Positions 19,956 through 29,568 of a stretch of DNA of 64,000 nt are shown here, piece after piece. Source of the DNA: Nitrospira japonica (GTDB lineage: Bacteria; Nitrospirota; Thermodesulfovibrionia; Thermodesulfovibrionales; SM23-35); the NCBI GenBank assembly GCA_020725385.1, contig DYFC01000034.1, positions 88,007 through 152,006 of the forward strand. The letters run 5' to 3'. How positions within the stretch are numbered: position 1 is the first letter of the stretch; each line of letters starts with the position of its first letter. The notes beneath the pieces are model-generated. The model made no database searches, was not told the DNA's origin, and was given only the letters and a program-made list of their open reading frames with translations. Both the position numbers and the translations under genes were made by a program.

Positions 19956-21020
19956 TTATTTTTTTTCTTTAAGATATTGAAAAACCTGAACACGTCTATT
20001 AAAAGTATCCGATATATAAATAATGTCTTTATTATCAATGAACATTCCCGATGGGAGAGAAAATTCCCCAGGCTTGGTTCCGCCCTGTCCTACCCATAAT
20101 AGAAGTTTTCCCGTGTCATTGAATATCTGGAAATTGTTAAAAGCTGTATCAACAACATAGATATGTCCGTCAGAGTCAATCCCGATTCCGGCAGGTCTTG
20201 AGAAATTTCCTGATGTATCACCAAGTCTGCCAAATTTTCTAATAAATCTTCCTTCTGAATCGAAAATCTGAACTCTGAAATTAAATGAATCGACTACATA
20301 TAAATAACCTTTTTTATCAACCGCAAGGTAACTTGGAAAATTGAATTCCCCGTTATCATTACCTTTTTTCCCGATAGTTGCAATGGATTTTCCTGTATCG
20401 TCGAATACTCTTACTACATGATTTTTTGTGTCTGAAACATATAGTTTGTTATTAATTTCATCATAAGCTAACCCTGAAGGATTCTTAAGCATCCCTATGC
20501 TTCCAATATCGATCAGGACTCTTCCTGAATTTTTATCAATCCCGAAAACTTTGTCTATTCTTGAATCGGATACAAAAATAATTCCTTTTTTATTATTAAT
20601 GGCGAGTCCGATTGGAGCTGAGACAACTCCTTCACCAAGAAAGCGAAGTCTGCCCTGTTCCTGATCAAAAACGAAGATAACACCGTGCTCGGAGTCAGCG
20701 ACATATACATTACCTGCATTATCGGCAACAACACCATTCGGTCTTCTCAGTCGAATGCCTCTTTCTTCGCCAACAAGTATATTGAGAACCTTACTCGGTC
20801 TTCCAAAATCATATTTATGAAACCATTGTCTTACCCATTTAATTCGTGGTTGTTCTGGTGGAGAAGGCCATACATATTCAGAAAAATCCTGGTCAGAAAT
20901 TTCTGTCGAAGTTGTTGCACATCCTGTAAAGATTATATTTAATAGTAGTAGAATGATTATTATTTCCGGGAAAAACCTATTATTTTTGAAAGGATTTTTA
21001 CACTTTAGTATTTGTGGCAT
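19956..21020 (-). CDS. NHL-repeat beta-propeller lipoprotein, paralog of 16753-17802
   Basis: Lipobox IFTGC; VWPSPPEQPRIK; six NHL blades. Confidence 0.88.
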   Translation of the reverse strand: MPQILKCKNPFKNNRFFPEIIIILLLLNIIFTGCATTSTEISDQDFSEYVWPSPPEQPRIKWVRQWFHKYDFGRPSKVLNILVGEERGIRLRRPNGVVADNAGNVYVADSEHGVIFVFDQEQGRLRFLGEGVVSAPIGLAINNKKGIIFVSDSRIDKVFGIDKNSGRVLIDIGSIGMLKNPSGLAYDEINNKLYVSDTKNHVVRVFDDTGKSIATIGKKGNDNGEFNFPSYLAVDKKGYLYVVDSFNFRVQIFDSEGRFIRKFGRLGDTSGNFSRPAGIGIDSDGHIYVVDTAFNNFQIFNDTGKLLLWVGQGGTKPGEFSLPSGMFIDNKDIIYISDTFNRRVQVFQYLKEKK

Positions 21021-21790
21021 TTAAGGCATATCCTTTGTACTGGAAATAACTTGGAATAGTCTGAACTATGAGGGTTATGACAGCTAACACAGCTTAAATC
21101 TTTTCCCGGTACCTTCGGGTCAGGCATTTCAATTTGTCTTTTTGGATTGACAGGATCGGGTACTTTAATTATTTTTAAGGTGCTTATGTCTTTTACATCT
21201 TTTATCGGATGAATTTTCCCGCCGGGCAAAGCAACAATATGAATTCCCGATGATTGAGCTTTATGACACGTTGTACATAGGTCATTTATTGGATTTGGAA
21301 GCAAAGAAGGGTTATTGCTTGCATGGGGGTTATGGCATGTGCTGCAACCTATTACATTTATTACCTTATGAGTATATTTTTTTTCGAACTTGTTTTTATC
21401 ATGGCAACTGAAACATAATTCTCTATTTGTAAGTTTCAGGAGTTTTTCATTGTTTGAACTATGTGGATTATGGCATCCTGTGCACATTCCCTTTGAAACC
21501 GGTGGATGAATAGTTTTACCTTTAAGTTTTGTTTCATCATGGCAGTTATAGCAAAGCCCCGGCATAGTTTGAACAAGGATTATGCTTCCTTTCTCGGGAT
21601 GATTCTTACCGGGCATTGACTTATGACATGCTTCGCAGCCCATTGTTATGGGATTATGAATGTATTTTGCTTCCTTTAAATTTGCATGGCACATAAGGCA
21701 GGGATTTGCTTCTTGTGAAAATGAAGTATTTATAAGTGAAAAAAATAAAAATAAAACATGAAAAGTAAGAATAGAAATAAATTTTTTCAT
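21005..21790 (-). CDS. Periplasmic nonaheme cytochrome c (doubled CxxCH, MtrA/DmsE-like)
   Basis: Signal peptide; 9 CxxCH with CxxCHxPH(S/A)S repeats. Confidence 0.88.
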   Translation of the reverse strand: MKKFISILTFHVLFLFFSLINTSFSQEANPCLMCHANLKEAKYIHNPITMGCEACHKSMPGKNHPEKGSIILVQTMPGLCYNCHDETKLKGKTIHPPVSKGMCTGCHNPHSSNNEKLLKLTNRELCFSCHDKNKFEKKYTHKVINVIGCSTCHNPHASNNPSLLPNPINDLCTTCHKAQSSGIHIVALPGGKIHPIKDVKDISTLKIIKVPDPVNPKRQIEMPDPKVPGKDLSCVSCHNPHSSDYSKLFPVQRICLKCHKY

Positions 21791-21967
21791 CAGGTTTATT
21801 TTTTTCCTTATTTAGATGATATTTTAATTAAATTAAATTTTATTTTTTAACAATTTATTTTAACTTTAGATATTGTCTTTGTCAATAAAATTTGTTGTTA
21901 ATTCAGTAATTTCATAAAGTTTTCATAATCTTTTTAAAATAGAATTTTTAGGGAGTAATATTATCAT

Positions 21968-22001
21968 AAAAAAAGCCCCGGAAAAATTCACCGGGGCTTT
22001 T
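21968..22001 (-). terminator. Rho-independent terminator after the dodecaheme pair
   Basis: aaaaagccccgg-loop-ccggggctttt. Confidence 0.85.
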
Positions 22002-22016
22002 GTATAAGTAAACAAA

Positions 22017-22952
22017 TTATTTGCTTATTGATTTTGAAGGAAGATCATGTGCGCCAACATGGCAATCGGCACAATTCGGGAACTTCTTAAGTAAAGCTTC
22101 TCCATGTGGTTTACTATGACAATCTTCACATTTAGGTATAAATCTGTGTTTTGTATGGCAGCTTGCACAGGTTAATGTAGAATGTTTGCTTGCGTTTGCT
22201 TTTAATTTTCCATAAACAACGCCGTGGCAGGAACCACAAATATCATTGGCTGTTGATATTGGATAACTTATCTTTAATGGCGAATGTGCAGGATGACAGG
22301 CAAGACATTCTTTTACGGTCAAAGTCGAAGTGTGTGGCTTATGGCATTCCATACATGACGGGATATATCCATGTTTGTCATGATGGCAAGAAGAGCATGC
22401 AACATTTGTGTGCTTACTGACATTTGTTTTTATTTCCTGTCCGACTTTTGTATGGCAATCGCCACAAACTTTGGACATTTCAGCACTCATGGTCATCTGT
22501 GTTTTTGGAGCATGAGGATTGGAATGACATGTGGCACATGCTGCAAATTTTTCTCCATGAATCAAACCATGACATGTTTTACACTGGGGCATGATCTCAT
22601 TCCAGTTCTGTTTTATCGGATTATATTGATGGAATTTGGTATGGCATTTCTGGCAATCAAATTTGTGTTTTCCGCCCTCGGCCTTAATTTCATTAAATAC
22701 TCCAGGGTGACAACGGGCACAGTCAGCAGGTGTTAAGGGTGAAATTTCCATTTCATAAATGTCTTTTGGTTTGGGCGCAGGTTTTGGTGGTTCAACCACA
22801 GGCTGTTGAGCAGGTACCTGTGTTGCTGCGGCAACTTGCTGTGGTGATTGCTGGGCAGGTGGTGGAGCTACCGGAGCTGCTGCACATGCAATTATTACAA
22901 GCAATAAAAGCAAGGTACAGCCGGTTAGTAAAACTATCTTTTTTTGTTTCAT
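22017..22952 (-). CDS. Dodecaheme cytochrome c lipoprotein
   Basis: 12 CxxCH; lipobox IIAC then a Pro/Ala/Gln linker; ATG 22952 overlaps the upstream TAA (TAATG). Confidence 0.88.
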   Translation of the reverse strand: MKQKKIVLLTGCTLLLLLVIIACAAAPVAPPPAQQSPQQVAAATQVPAQQPVVEPPKPAPKPKDIYEMEISPLTPADCARCHPGVFNEIKAEGGKHKFDCQKCHTKFHQYNPIKQNWNEIMPQCKTCHGLIHGEKFAACATCHSNPHAPKTQMTMSAEMSKVCGDCHTKVGQEIKTNVSKHTNVACSSCHHDKHGYIPSCMECHKPHTSTLTVKECLACHPAHSPLKISYPISTANDICGSCHGVVYGKLKANASKHSTLTCASCHTKHRFIPKCEDCHSKPHGEALLKKFPNCADCHVGAHDLPSKSISK

Positions 22953-23776
22953 TATTTTGAAGCCTCCTTTCCTAAACTGTGTGCACTTGTATGGCACATA
23001 TTACATTTCGGGAATTTTGCAACCATTCCTGCAGGATGGGGTGAACCATGACAATTTTCACAAGCCGGCACATTCCTATGTTTGTCTTTATGGCAATAAA
23101 CACAGGCAAGTTTTGCATGTTTTGTGTCAGTACCGGTTAAAGTATCGTAAATATTCTTATGACAGGATGCACAGGTTTTTGAAGGCATATCGGCACCATA
23201 AGTAATAGTCAAAGGTTGATGGGCTGGATGACAGACCTGACAATCTTTTTCTGTCATATCAGAGGAATGGGGACGGTGACATTGCATACAAGGTGGAATC
23301 TGCTTATGAGCTTTATGGCATGTTGTGCAGAAAAATTTTGAATGCTTGGTCTGATGTGTTTTCATTTCTTCACCCTGTTTTTCATGACAGGAAAGACACG
23401 GTGCTGTAAGATTTGCAGCAAGTTTCATATCAACAGGTGCATGGGGATTTGAGTGACATGTTTTACAGTTACCAATTTCATAATGTTTTTTGCCTGCATG
23501 ACATGCACTGCAGACAGGGATTATTTTGTCTTTACTGACCATTGGAGGATGCCCCTTATGGCAGTCGAGGCAGGAGACAGCAGTTTTGTGTTTATTACCC
23601 TTTGCATCAACTATCTCCTGTACAGCTTTGTGACATTTCACACAGTCATCGTTTGATAATTGTGCTGCAGCAAGGCTTTCAGAATGAATTCCTGCTATAA
23701 ATAGTACAGTGATTATGAGGACGAATAATGGCAGGAAAACATCAAATCTTTTCCTGAAACCATGAATCAGGTTCAT
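22952..23776 (-). CDS. Periplasmic dodecaheme cytochrome c
   Basis: 12 CxxCH; signal peptide ending ESLA; same heme spacing as the downstream paralog. Confidence 0.88.
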   Translation of the reverse strand: MNLIHGFRKRFDVFLPLFVLIITVLFIAGIHSESLAAAQLSNDDCVKCHKAVQEIVDAKGNKHKTAVSCLDCHKGHPPMVSKDKIIPVCSACHAGKKHYEIGNCKTCHSNPHAPVDMKLAANLTAPCLSCHEKQGEEMKTHQTKHSKFFCTTCHKAHKQIPPCMQCHRPHSSDMTEKDCQVCHPAHQPLTITYGADMPSKTCASCHKNIYDTLTGTDTKHAKLACVYCHKDKHRNVPACENCHGSPHPAGMVAKFPKCNMCHTSAHSLGKEASK

Positions 23777-23926
23777 TTTACAACCCCCTTTTTAAAAATT
23801 TATACAATATTGTTTGCCTGTAAATTATATTTTAGCTAACTAATTCTTTTATGATGAATAGTATTAAAGCCAGCATACACTTATACCATCTTTTTTAATT
23901 ATCTGTCAAGGAAAAAATTACAGAAA

Positions 23927-24955
23927 TTAGTACCAGATAACAGTGCCATCTTTTGATTTTACAGGCACTTTTCTTAAAGGCAGATGTTTTTCCCAGATAT
24001 GTTTATTTTCAATATACCATTGGATTGTATTTTTGAGTCCATCTTCAAATTTGGTCAAAGGTGTAAATCCAAATATATCATTTGCTTTTTTATAAGTTGC
24101 AATATGTTTTTGGACCTGTCCGAATCTATCAGGAATATAGTCAAAACGGGTTTCATCGAGATTAAATATTTTAATAACTTTTCTGGCAATTTGAAGAATA
24201 CTTAATGATTCGCCTGTGCCGATATTGAAAACTTCACCTTTAACCTTTTCTATAGGTGCATGAAGCACAAGGTCAATGGCATTAGAAGTATCTGAAGCAT
24301 GTACCCAGTCTCTTTCTGCAGAACCATCACCATGAATAGTAAGTTTTTCGCCGAGTATGCAACTTGTGATAAAGCGTGGTACTACTTTTTCAAGATGTTG
24401 TTTCGGGCCATAATTATTGAAAGGTCTTAAGATAACAGCAGGTATATCATAGGCAATTATATAAGAAGACACAAGTCTGTCGGCTCCGGCTTTTGCAGCA
24501 GCGTAAGGGCTGGTAGGATTTAGTGGATGATCTTCATCCATGGGTTCATAAATAGCAGTGCCATAAACTTCGGAAGTGGATATATGAATAAACCGCTCTA
24601 TTTTTTCGGCATATTTCACAACAGCATTTACGACCGATTGTGTGCCAAGTACATCTGTTATGAAGAATTCTCTATGGGAGTAAAGAGAGCGTGCAACATG
24701 AGTTTCTGCTGCAAAATGAACAATTATATCGGACTTTTTAACAAGGTCGCTGACGAGGTCTAAATTATTGACATCACCGTACCAGAACTCAAATCTTTCC
24801 GATTCTCTGATTTCCCTGCTTATGTTTTCAATGTCTCCAGCATAGGTAAGGTAATCAAGGACAATAATTTTGTAATTGGAATATTTATTGTAAATATGTT
24901 CTATGAAGTTACTTCCTATAAATCCGGCTCCACCTGTAACTAATAAAGTCTTCAT
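23927..24955 (-). CDS. rfbB: dTDP-glucose 4,6-dehydratase
   Basis: LVTGGAGFIGSNF, LTYAG, HFAAETHV, PYAAAK; likely start MKTLLV. Confidence 0.85.
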   Translation of the reverse strand: MKTLLVTGGAGFIGSNFIEHIYNKYSNYKIIVLDYLTYAGDIENISREIRESERFEFWYGDVNNLDLVSDLVKKSDIIVHFAAETHVARSLYSHREFFITDVLGTQSVVNAVVKYAEKIERFIHISTSEVYGTAIYEPMDEDHPLNPTSPYAAAKAGADRLVSSYIIAYDIPAVILRPFNNYGPKQHLEKVVPRFITSCILGEKLTIHGDGSAERDWVHASDTSNAIDLVLHAPIEKVKGEVFNIGTGESLSILQIARKVIKIFNLDETRFDYIPDRFGQVQKHIATYKKANDIFGFTPLTKFEDGLKNTIQWYIENKHIWEKHLPLRKVPVKSKDGTVIWY

Positions 24956-25051
24956 TCTTCCCCCGTTGCTATATTTTGCCATATCTGCTTAATTAAAGCA
25001 TGTATATAAATTTAACATAAAAAATATTTTTTGTTTTTTAATATTGGTATT

Positions 25052-26953
25052 TTATCGGTCTTTTGATACTTGTTTTTTGTATAGAAAGCAATATATTTTG
25101 AATGTAAGGTCAAACAGCACAATTAGCGCGAGCCCTGCCATTAATATTACGAGAAACGCATCTATTTTGAAAGTTAATTTTTCAGTATGTGATAATGTAT
25201 GTGAAGCTTTTTCAATAAATATCCAAATTAATTTCCACGAAGCTGTAAGAGTTGTTGTGAACATAAAAAGCATTGGAAGAAAAGTTATCCATGAATATCT
25301 TGCTTTTCCTGATTTGATTATAAAAACCGTTCCAACTCCAAATGCTATCGCAGCAAGCAATTGATTGGCTACCCCGAACATAGGCCAGATGGTAGATACG
25401 CTTCCGGAATAAATTAGAAAAGACCATGCAGAGACAACCATAAGGCTTGTTATTATATTTCCCGGAAGCCAGCCTGTTCGGGCTAAAGGTTTGTAGATTA
25501 TACCTCCGAGTTCCTGTAAAAGAAATCTTGCTACTCTTGTTCCTGCATCTACTGTAGTCAAAATAAATAAAGCTTCAAACATTAAAGCAAAGTTATACCA
25601 GTAAGGCATAAGTGAATACATGCCCGGTAATCCTGATAATATTGAAGCCATGCCAACTGCAAGAGACACAGCGCCTCCGGGTCTTCCAACAACGTTTGTT
25701 CCAACCATCTGTGAGAATTCATTTACTTTTTCAACAGGAAAGCCGAGAGCTGCTATAGCATCAAAAGACAGTTTTGAATTAATCGCAAAATAATCTCCCG
25801 GAATAAGTATAGTTGCTGCAATGAGAGCCATTACAGCGACAAATCCCTCTGTGAGCATTGCTCCAAAACCGATCACCGGAATATCTTTTTCATTCATAAG
25901 CATCTTTGGAGTAGTACCCGATGAAATAAGGGAGTGAAATCCAGAAATGGCTCCGCAGGCTATTGTAATAAACATAAAAGGGAACAGTGTCCCCGGTATT
26001 ATAGGTCCTCCACCTTTTGTAAATTTCGTAACAGCAGGCATCTGAATATATGGAGCGATAAAAATAACGCCAAGCGCAAGTAATGCTATTGTGCCTATTT
26101 TCATATATGTTGAAAGGTAATCTCTTGGAGCAAGAAGAAGCCAGACAGGCAATACAGAAGCAATGAATCCATAGATAGCGATACTTAAAACAAGCGAGTT
26201 TCTTGATAGATTAAATACAGGTTCAAGGAATGAGCCCGGTATATAATGACCTGTGAACACAGCAATCAAAAGTAGAAAAACACCGATAGCGCTCATTTCA
26301 AATACTTTGCCGGGTCTAAGACTATGCATGTAAACACCCATCAGAAGTGCTATTGGAATTGTAAGAAAAATTGTAAATGCACCCCATGGACTTTCAAACA
26401 GAGCGTTAACGACAGCAAGACCAAGTCCTGCAAGAGCAACTATAATTATAAAAAGTATTGCGATAGCTGCTGCAAGCCCGCCAACAGGTCCGATCTCTTC
26501 TTTTGCAATCTGGGCGAGAGATTTACCATTTTTTCTTACAGAAGCAAATAAAATAACCATGTCATGGACAGCTCCACCAAAGGCAGCACCAATAAGTATC
26601 CATAGAAAACCGGGAAGATACCCGAATTGGGCAGCAAGCATGGGCCCGATTAAAGGACCTGCACCTGCAATCGCTGCAAAATGATGACCGAATAGAATCC
26701 AGCGATTTGTTGGATGATAATCAATACCATCAAAAAGTTTCCTGGCAGGAGTTATTCTTTTTTCATCAATTATAAGGACTTTAGAAGTAATAAATGCTGC
26801 ATAAAATCTGTAAGTTATGACATAAAAACATGCTGTTGCCGTAACAAGCCAGAGTGCGTTTATTTTTTCTGCAGGATGAAATATGCCGGTGGCTATTGAA
26901 AGGGAAACGGCAGCAATTATGGATATGGAAAACCATATAGTTTTCTTAATCAT
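25052..26953 (-). CDS. cstA: Carbon starvation protein A family transporter
   Basis: LFGHHFAAIAGAGP, LLAPRDYLS, IACGAISGFH. Confidence 0.95.
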   Translation of the reverse strand: MIKKTIWFSISIIAAVSLSIATGIFHPAEKINALWLVTATACFYVITYRFYAAFITSKVLIIDEKRITPARKLFDGIDYHPTNRWILFGHHFAAIAGAGPLIGPMLAAQFGYLPGFLWILIGAAFGGAVHDMVILFASVRKNGKSLAQIAKEEIGPVGGLAAAIAILFIIIVALAGLGLAVVNALFESPWGAFTIFLTIPIALLMGVYMHSLRPGKVFEMSAIGVFLLLIAVFTGHYIPGSFLEPVFNLSRNSLVLSIAIYGFIASVLPVWLLLAPRDYLSTYMKIGTIALLALGVIFIAPYIQMPAVTKFTKGGGPIIPGTLFPFMFITIACGAISGFHSLISSGTTPKMLMNEKDIPVIGFGAMLTEGFVAVMALIAATILIPGDYFAINSKLSFDAIAALGFPVEKVNEFSQMVGTNVVGRPGGAVSLAVGMASILSGLPGMYSLMPYWYNFALMFEALFILTTVDAGTRVARFLLQELGGIIYKPLARTGWLPGNIITSLMVVSAWSFLIYSGSVSTIWPMFGVANQLLAAIAFGVGTVFIIKSGKARYSWITFLPMLFMFTTTLTASWKLIWIFIEKASHTLSHTEKLTFKIDAFLVILMAGLALIVLFDLTFKIYCFLYKKQVSKDR

Positions 26954-27200
26954 CGCAATTTATTTTAACCCGAATAATCCGGATATTGCTAAAAAATTAT
27001 TTATAACTTTCAGCTATGGCAGGATCATTTCGGAGAGAAAAACTTCTTCATCAAGAATAGATAATTTTTTTAGTTTGACTATAGATGTATTGATAAAACA
27101 GATTGAGAACCAAAAAGACAACAAAGGGCATATTATATTTTTGACATATTTGTTTAATCTGTTCCCTTAGTTTAAATATAACAAATGTTAAATTTACTTA

Positions 27201-27764
27201 TTAATCAGGTGTTATTCTGCTAAATTTAGCACCTTTTATCGAAACTCCTCCCATTATACCCTTCTGATCAAAAACAAATCCGGCAACAGGATGCTGGCTA
27301 CGAAGTGTTTCTACAGAAGCTTCAGTTCCGACATCAATAAGTGTGACTTCAGCGTCAACTCCAGCTTCCCATCCTTCACTTTTTCTGAATTTATTTAGCA
27401 CTTCATCAGTCATAAAAAGAATAATCATATCATACTTAACTGCTCCAATCTGCCATCCAATTGAACCTTCAGCAATACTATAATAGTCAACAGGTTTTCC
27501 TTCAATCAATAATGCACCCTGTCCGTACTTTCCACCAATTATGAAACCGGCTTTAGTAATATCAGGCATGACAAGGACACCTTTTGCACCTTTAAGATAA
27601 TTAGTTCCACCTTTAACCTGTTTATTGAAACGAGTCATGGCAGCATTGACACTTGCATTTATCTCTTCTTTAGTTTTTGCATAACAGAATGAAGAAAGAA
27701 CCGAAAGAAAAAGAGATAAACAAAATAAAGCAACGAAAATTGTTGAAAAATTACGTCTAAACAT
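27201..27764 (-). CDS. Secreted YSC84/SYLF-domain lipid-binding protein
   Basis: Signal peptide; AKGVLVMP..KAGFIIGGKYGQG; SIGWQIG. Confidence 0.8.
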   Translation of the reverse strand: MFRRNFSTIFVALFCLSLFLSVLSSFCYAKTKEEINASVNAAMTRFNKQVKGGTNYLKGAKGVLVMPDITKAGFIIGGKYGQGALLIEGKPVDYYSIAEGSIGWQIGAVKYDMIILFMTDEVLNKFRKSEGWEAGVDAEVTLIDVGTEASVETLRSQHPVAGFVFDQKGIMGGVSIKGAKFSRITPD

Positions 27765-27939
27765 TTTAACACCTCCTTATTGACTTTCTGAATCAATCAT
27801 ATCATATTATGAAATTGTTTGCATTTTGCTCATTTAACTTTTTGCTCTTCGCTCTATGCTCTACGCTTTTTTGCAGACTTGCCAGCGTATAAGCTTTTTA
27901 TTGGTTGAAATATTTCTTTCATAATGACAGACTAATTCT

Positions 27940-28680
27940 ATGCAAATAATTACTGCAAAAGCATTGACGAAAAGATATGGAACCCTTGTTGCTGTTGATT
28001 CAGTTGATTTTAATATATTCAAAGGTGAGTGTTTCGGTTTTTTAGGTCCAAATGGCGCAGGGAAGACCACAGTTATGAAAATCATTTATTGTTTTCTACC
28101 TCCGGATTCAGGTGAAGTTAGGGTTTTCGGTCTGGATGTTAAAGAATCTTCAAGCTTAATAAAAGCCCGAACAGGTGTGATGCCACAGGAAGATAATCTT
28201 GATCCTGATCTTTCGGTTCTGGAAAATCTTATTGTTTATGCAAGATATTTTGATATGCCAAAGAAAAAATCTTTTCCTATCGCAATGGAACTTCTTGATT
28301 TTGTTGATTTGAAAGATAGGCCAAATACGAAAATTACGGATCTTTCCGGAGGAATGAAAAGAAGACTTGTATTAGCCCGTTCACTTATCAATAATCCGGA
28401 ACTGTTGATTCTTGATGAACCGACAACAGGGCTGGATCCGCATAGCCGTAGAAATGTGTGGGAAAAACTGAATTATCTAAAATCAAGAAATACAACACTT
28501 ATTCTTACTACTCATTATATGGAAGAGGCAGAAAGATTATGCGATAGAGTTGCGATTATGGATTCAGGGAAAATAATAACCATTGATACTCCGGCAAAAC
28601 TTATGGAAACACACGGAGGACATCTTGAGGATGTTTATCTGAAACTTACAGGGAAGCAACTTATCGAGAGAGCAATATGA
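27940..28680 (+). CDS. ABC transporter ATP-binding protein (NodI/DrrA-like)
   Basis: GPNGAGKT, LSGGMKRRL, LDEPTTGLDP. Confidence 0.92.
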   Translation: MQIITAKALTKRYGTLVAVDSVDFNIFKGECFGFLGPNGAGKTTVMKIIYCFLPPDSGEVRVFGLDVKESSSLIKARTGVMPQEDNLDPDLSVLENLIVYARYFDMPKKKSFPIAMELLDFVDLKDRPNTKITDLSGGMKRRLVLARSLINNPELLILDEPTTGLDPHSRRNVWEKLNYLKSRNTTLILTTHYMEEAERLCDRVAIMDSGKIITIDTPAKLMETHGGHLEDVYLKLTGKQLIERAI

Positions 28681-29432
28681 AATTAAGACGTGCATTTAGA
28701 GTATGGCAAAGAAATTTTACTGTTTATACAAAGCTTTATAAATCAAGCTTTGCTCTGAATTTTGTAGAACCTGTTCTTTATTTAACAGCAATGGGTTTAG
28801 GACTCGGTGCGTTTGTACATGAAATAAATGGTGTGCCGTATATACAATTCATAGCCCCGGGTATAATTGCATCATCTTCAATGTTTGCAGCAATATACGA
28901 GTGCACTTATGGCACTTATGTAAGAATGACATACCAGAAAACATTCGATGCTATTCTTGCAACCCCTGTGAATGTTTATGACCTTATAGCCGGCGAGCTT
29001 ATCTGGGGAGCAACTAAAAGCATTATTTATGGAACGACAATCATAATCGTAATTTCTTTGTTCGGGCTTGTAAAATCAGCTTTAATAATTTTAGTTGTAC
29101 CATTTCTTTTCATTACAGGAATAATTTTTGCAGAAATATCAATTATTTTTGTAGCTATTGTTCCCGGCATAGATTCTTTCAATTATTTTTATACGTTGTT
29201 TATGACACCGATGTTTCTTTTTTCCGGAATATTTTTCCCTCTTGATAATCTTCCTGCAATTGTTCAGAAAATTGCTTTCTTTACGCCATTATATCATCTT
29301 GTGAATATATGTCGTGGATTCGCTTCAGGAGATATTAAATACTGTTTGTGGGATATTTTATGGATTACAGTAGTGGTAATAATTCTTGCCCCATATCCTT
29401 TCAGACTAATGAGAAGAAGGATATTGAAGTAA
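28677..29432 (+). CDS. ABC-2 permease (NodJ-like)
   Basis: About 6 TM; PMFLFSGIFFP; ATGA overlap with the ATPase gene. Confidence 0.88.
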   Translation: MKLRRAFRVWQRNFTVYTKLYKSSFALNFVEPVLYLTAMGLGLGAFVHEINGVPYIQFIAPGIIASSSMFAAIYECTYGTYVRMTYQKTFDAILATPVNVYDLIAGELIWGATKSIIYGTTIIIVISLFGLVKSALIILVVPFLFITGIIFAEISIIFVAIVPGIDSFNYFYTLFMTPMFLFSGIFFPLDNLPAIVQKIAFFTPLYHLVNICRGFASGDIKYCLWDILWITVVVIILAPYPFRLMRRRILK

Positions 29433-29568
29433 ACATTTTATTGGATCATTTTCTAAAGACTTTTAGTGTTTAAATTAGTCATTTTTTTTGTGTTGACACC
29501 TTGAAGTCAATTGCTTATTATATAAGTGTTAATTATTTAACTTATATAATAAGCAATAAAGATATAAA

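Noticed and set aside
26883-27170. 95-aa plus-strand ORF over the cstA start
   Set aside because: Overlaps cstA antisense and its promoter region; no motif or clear SD.
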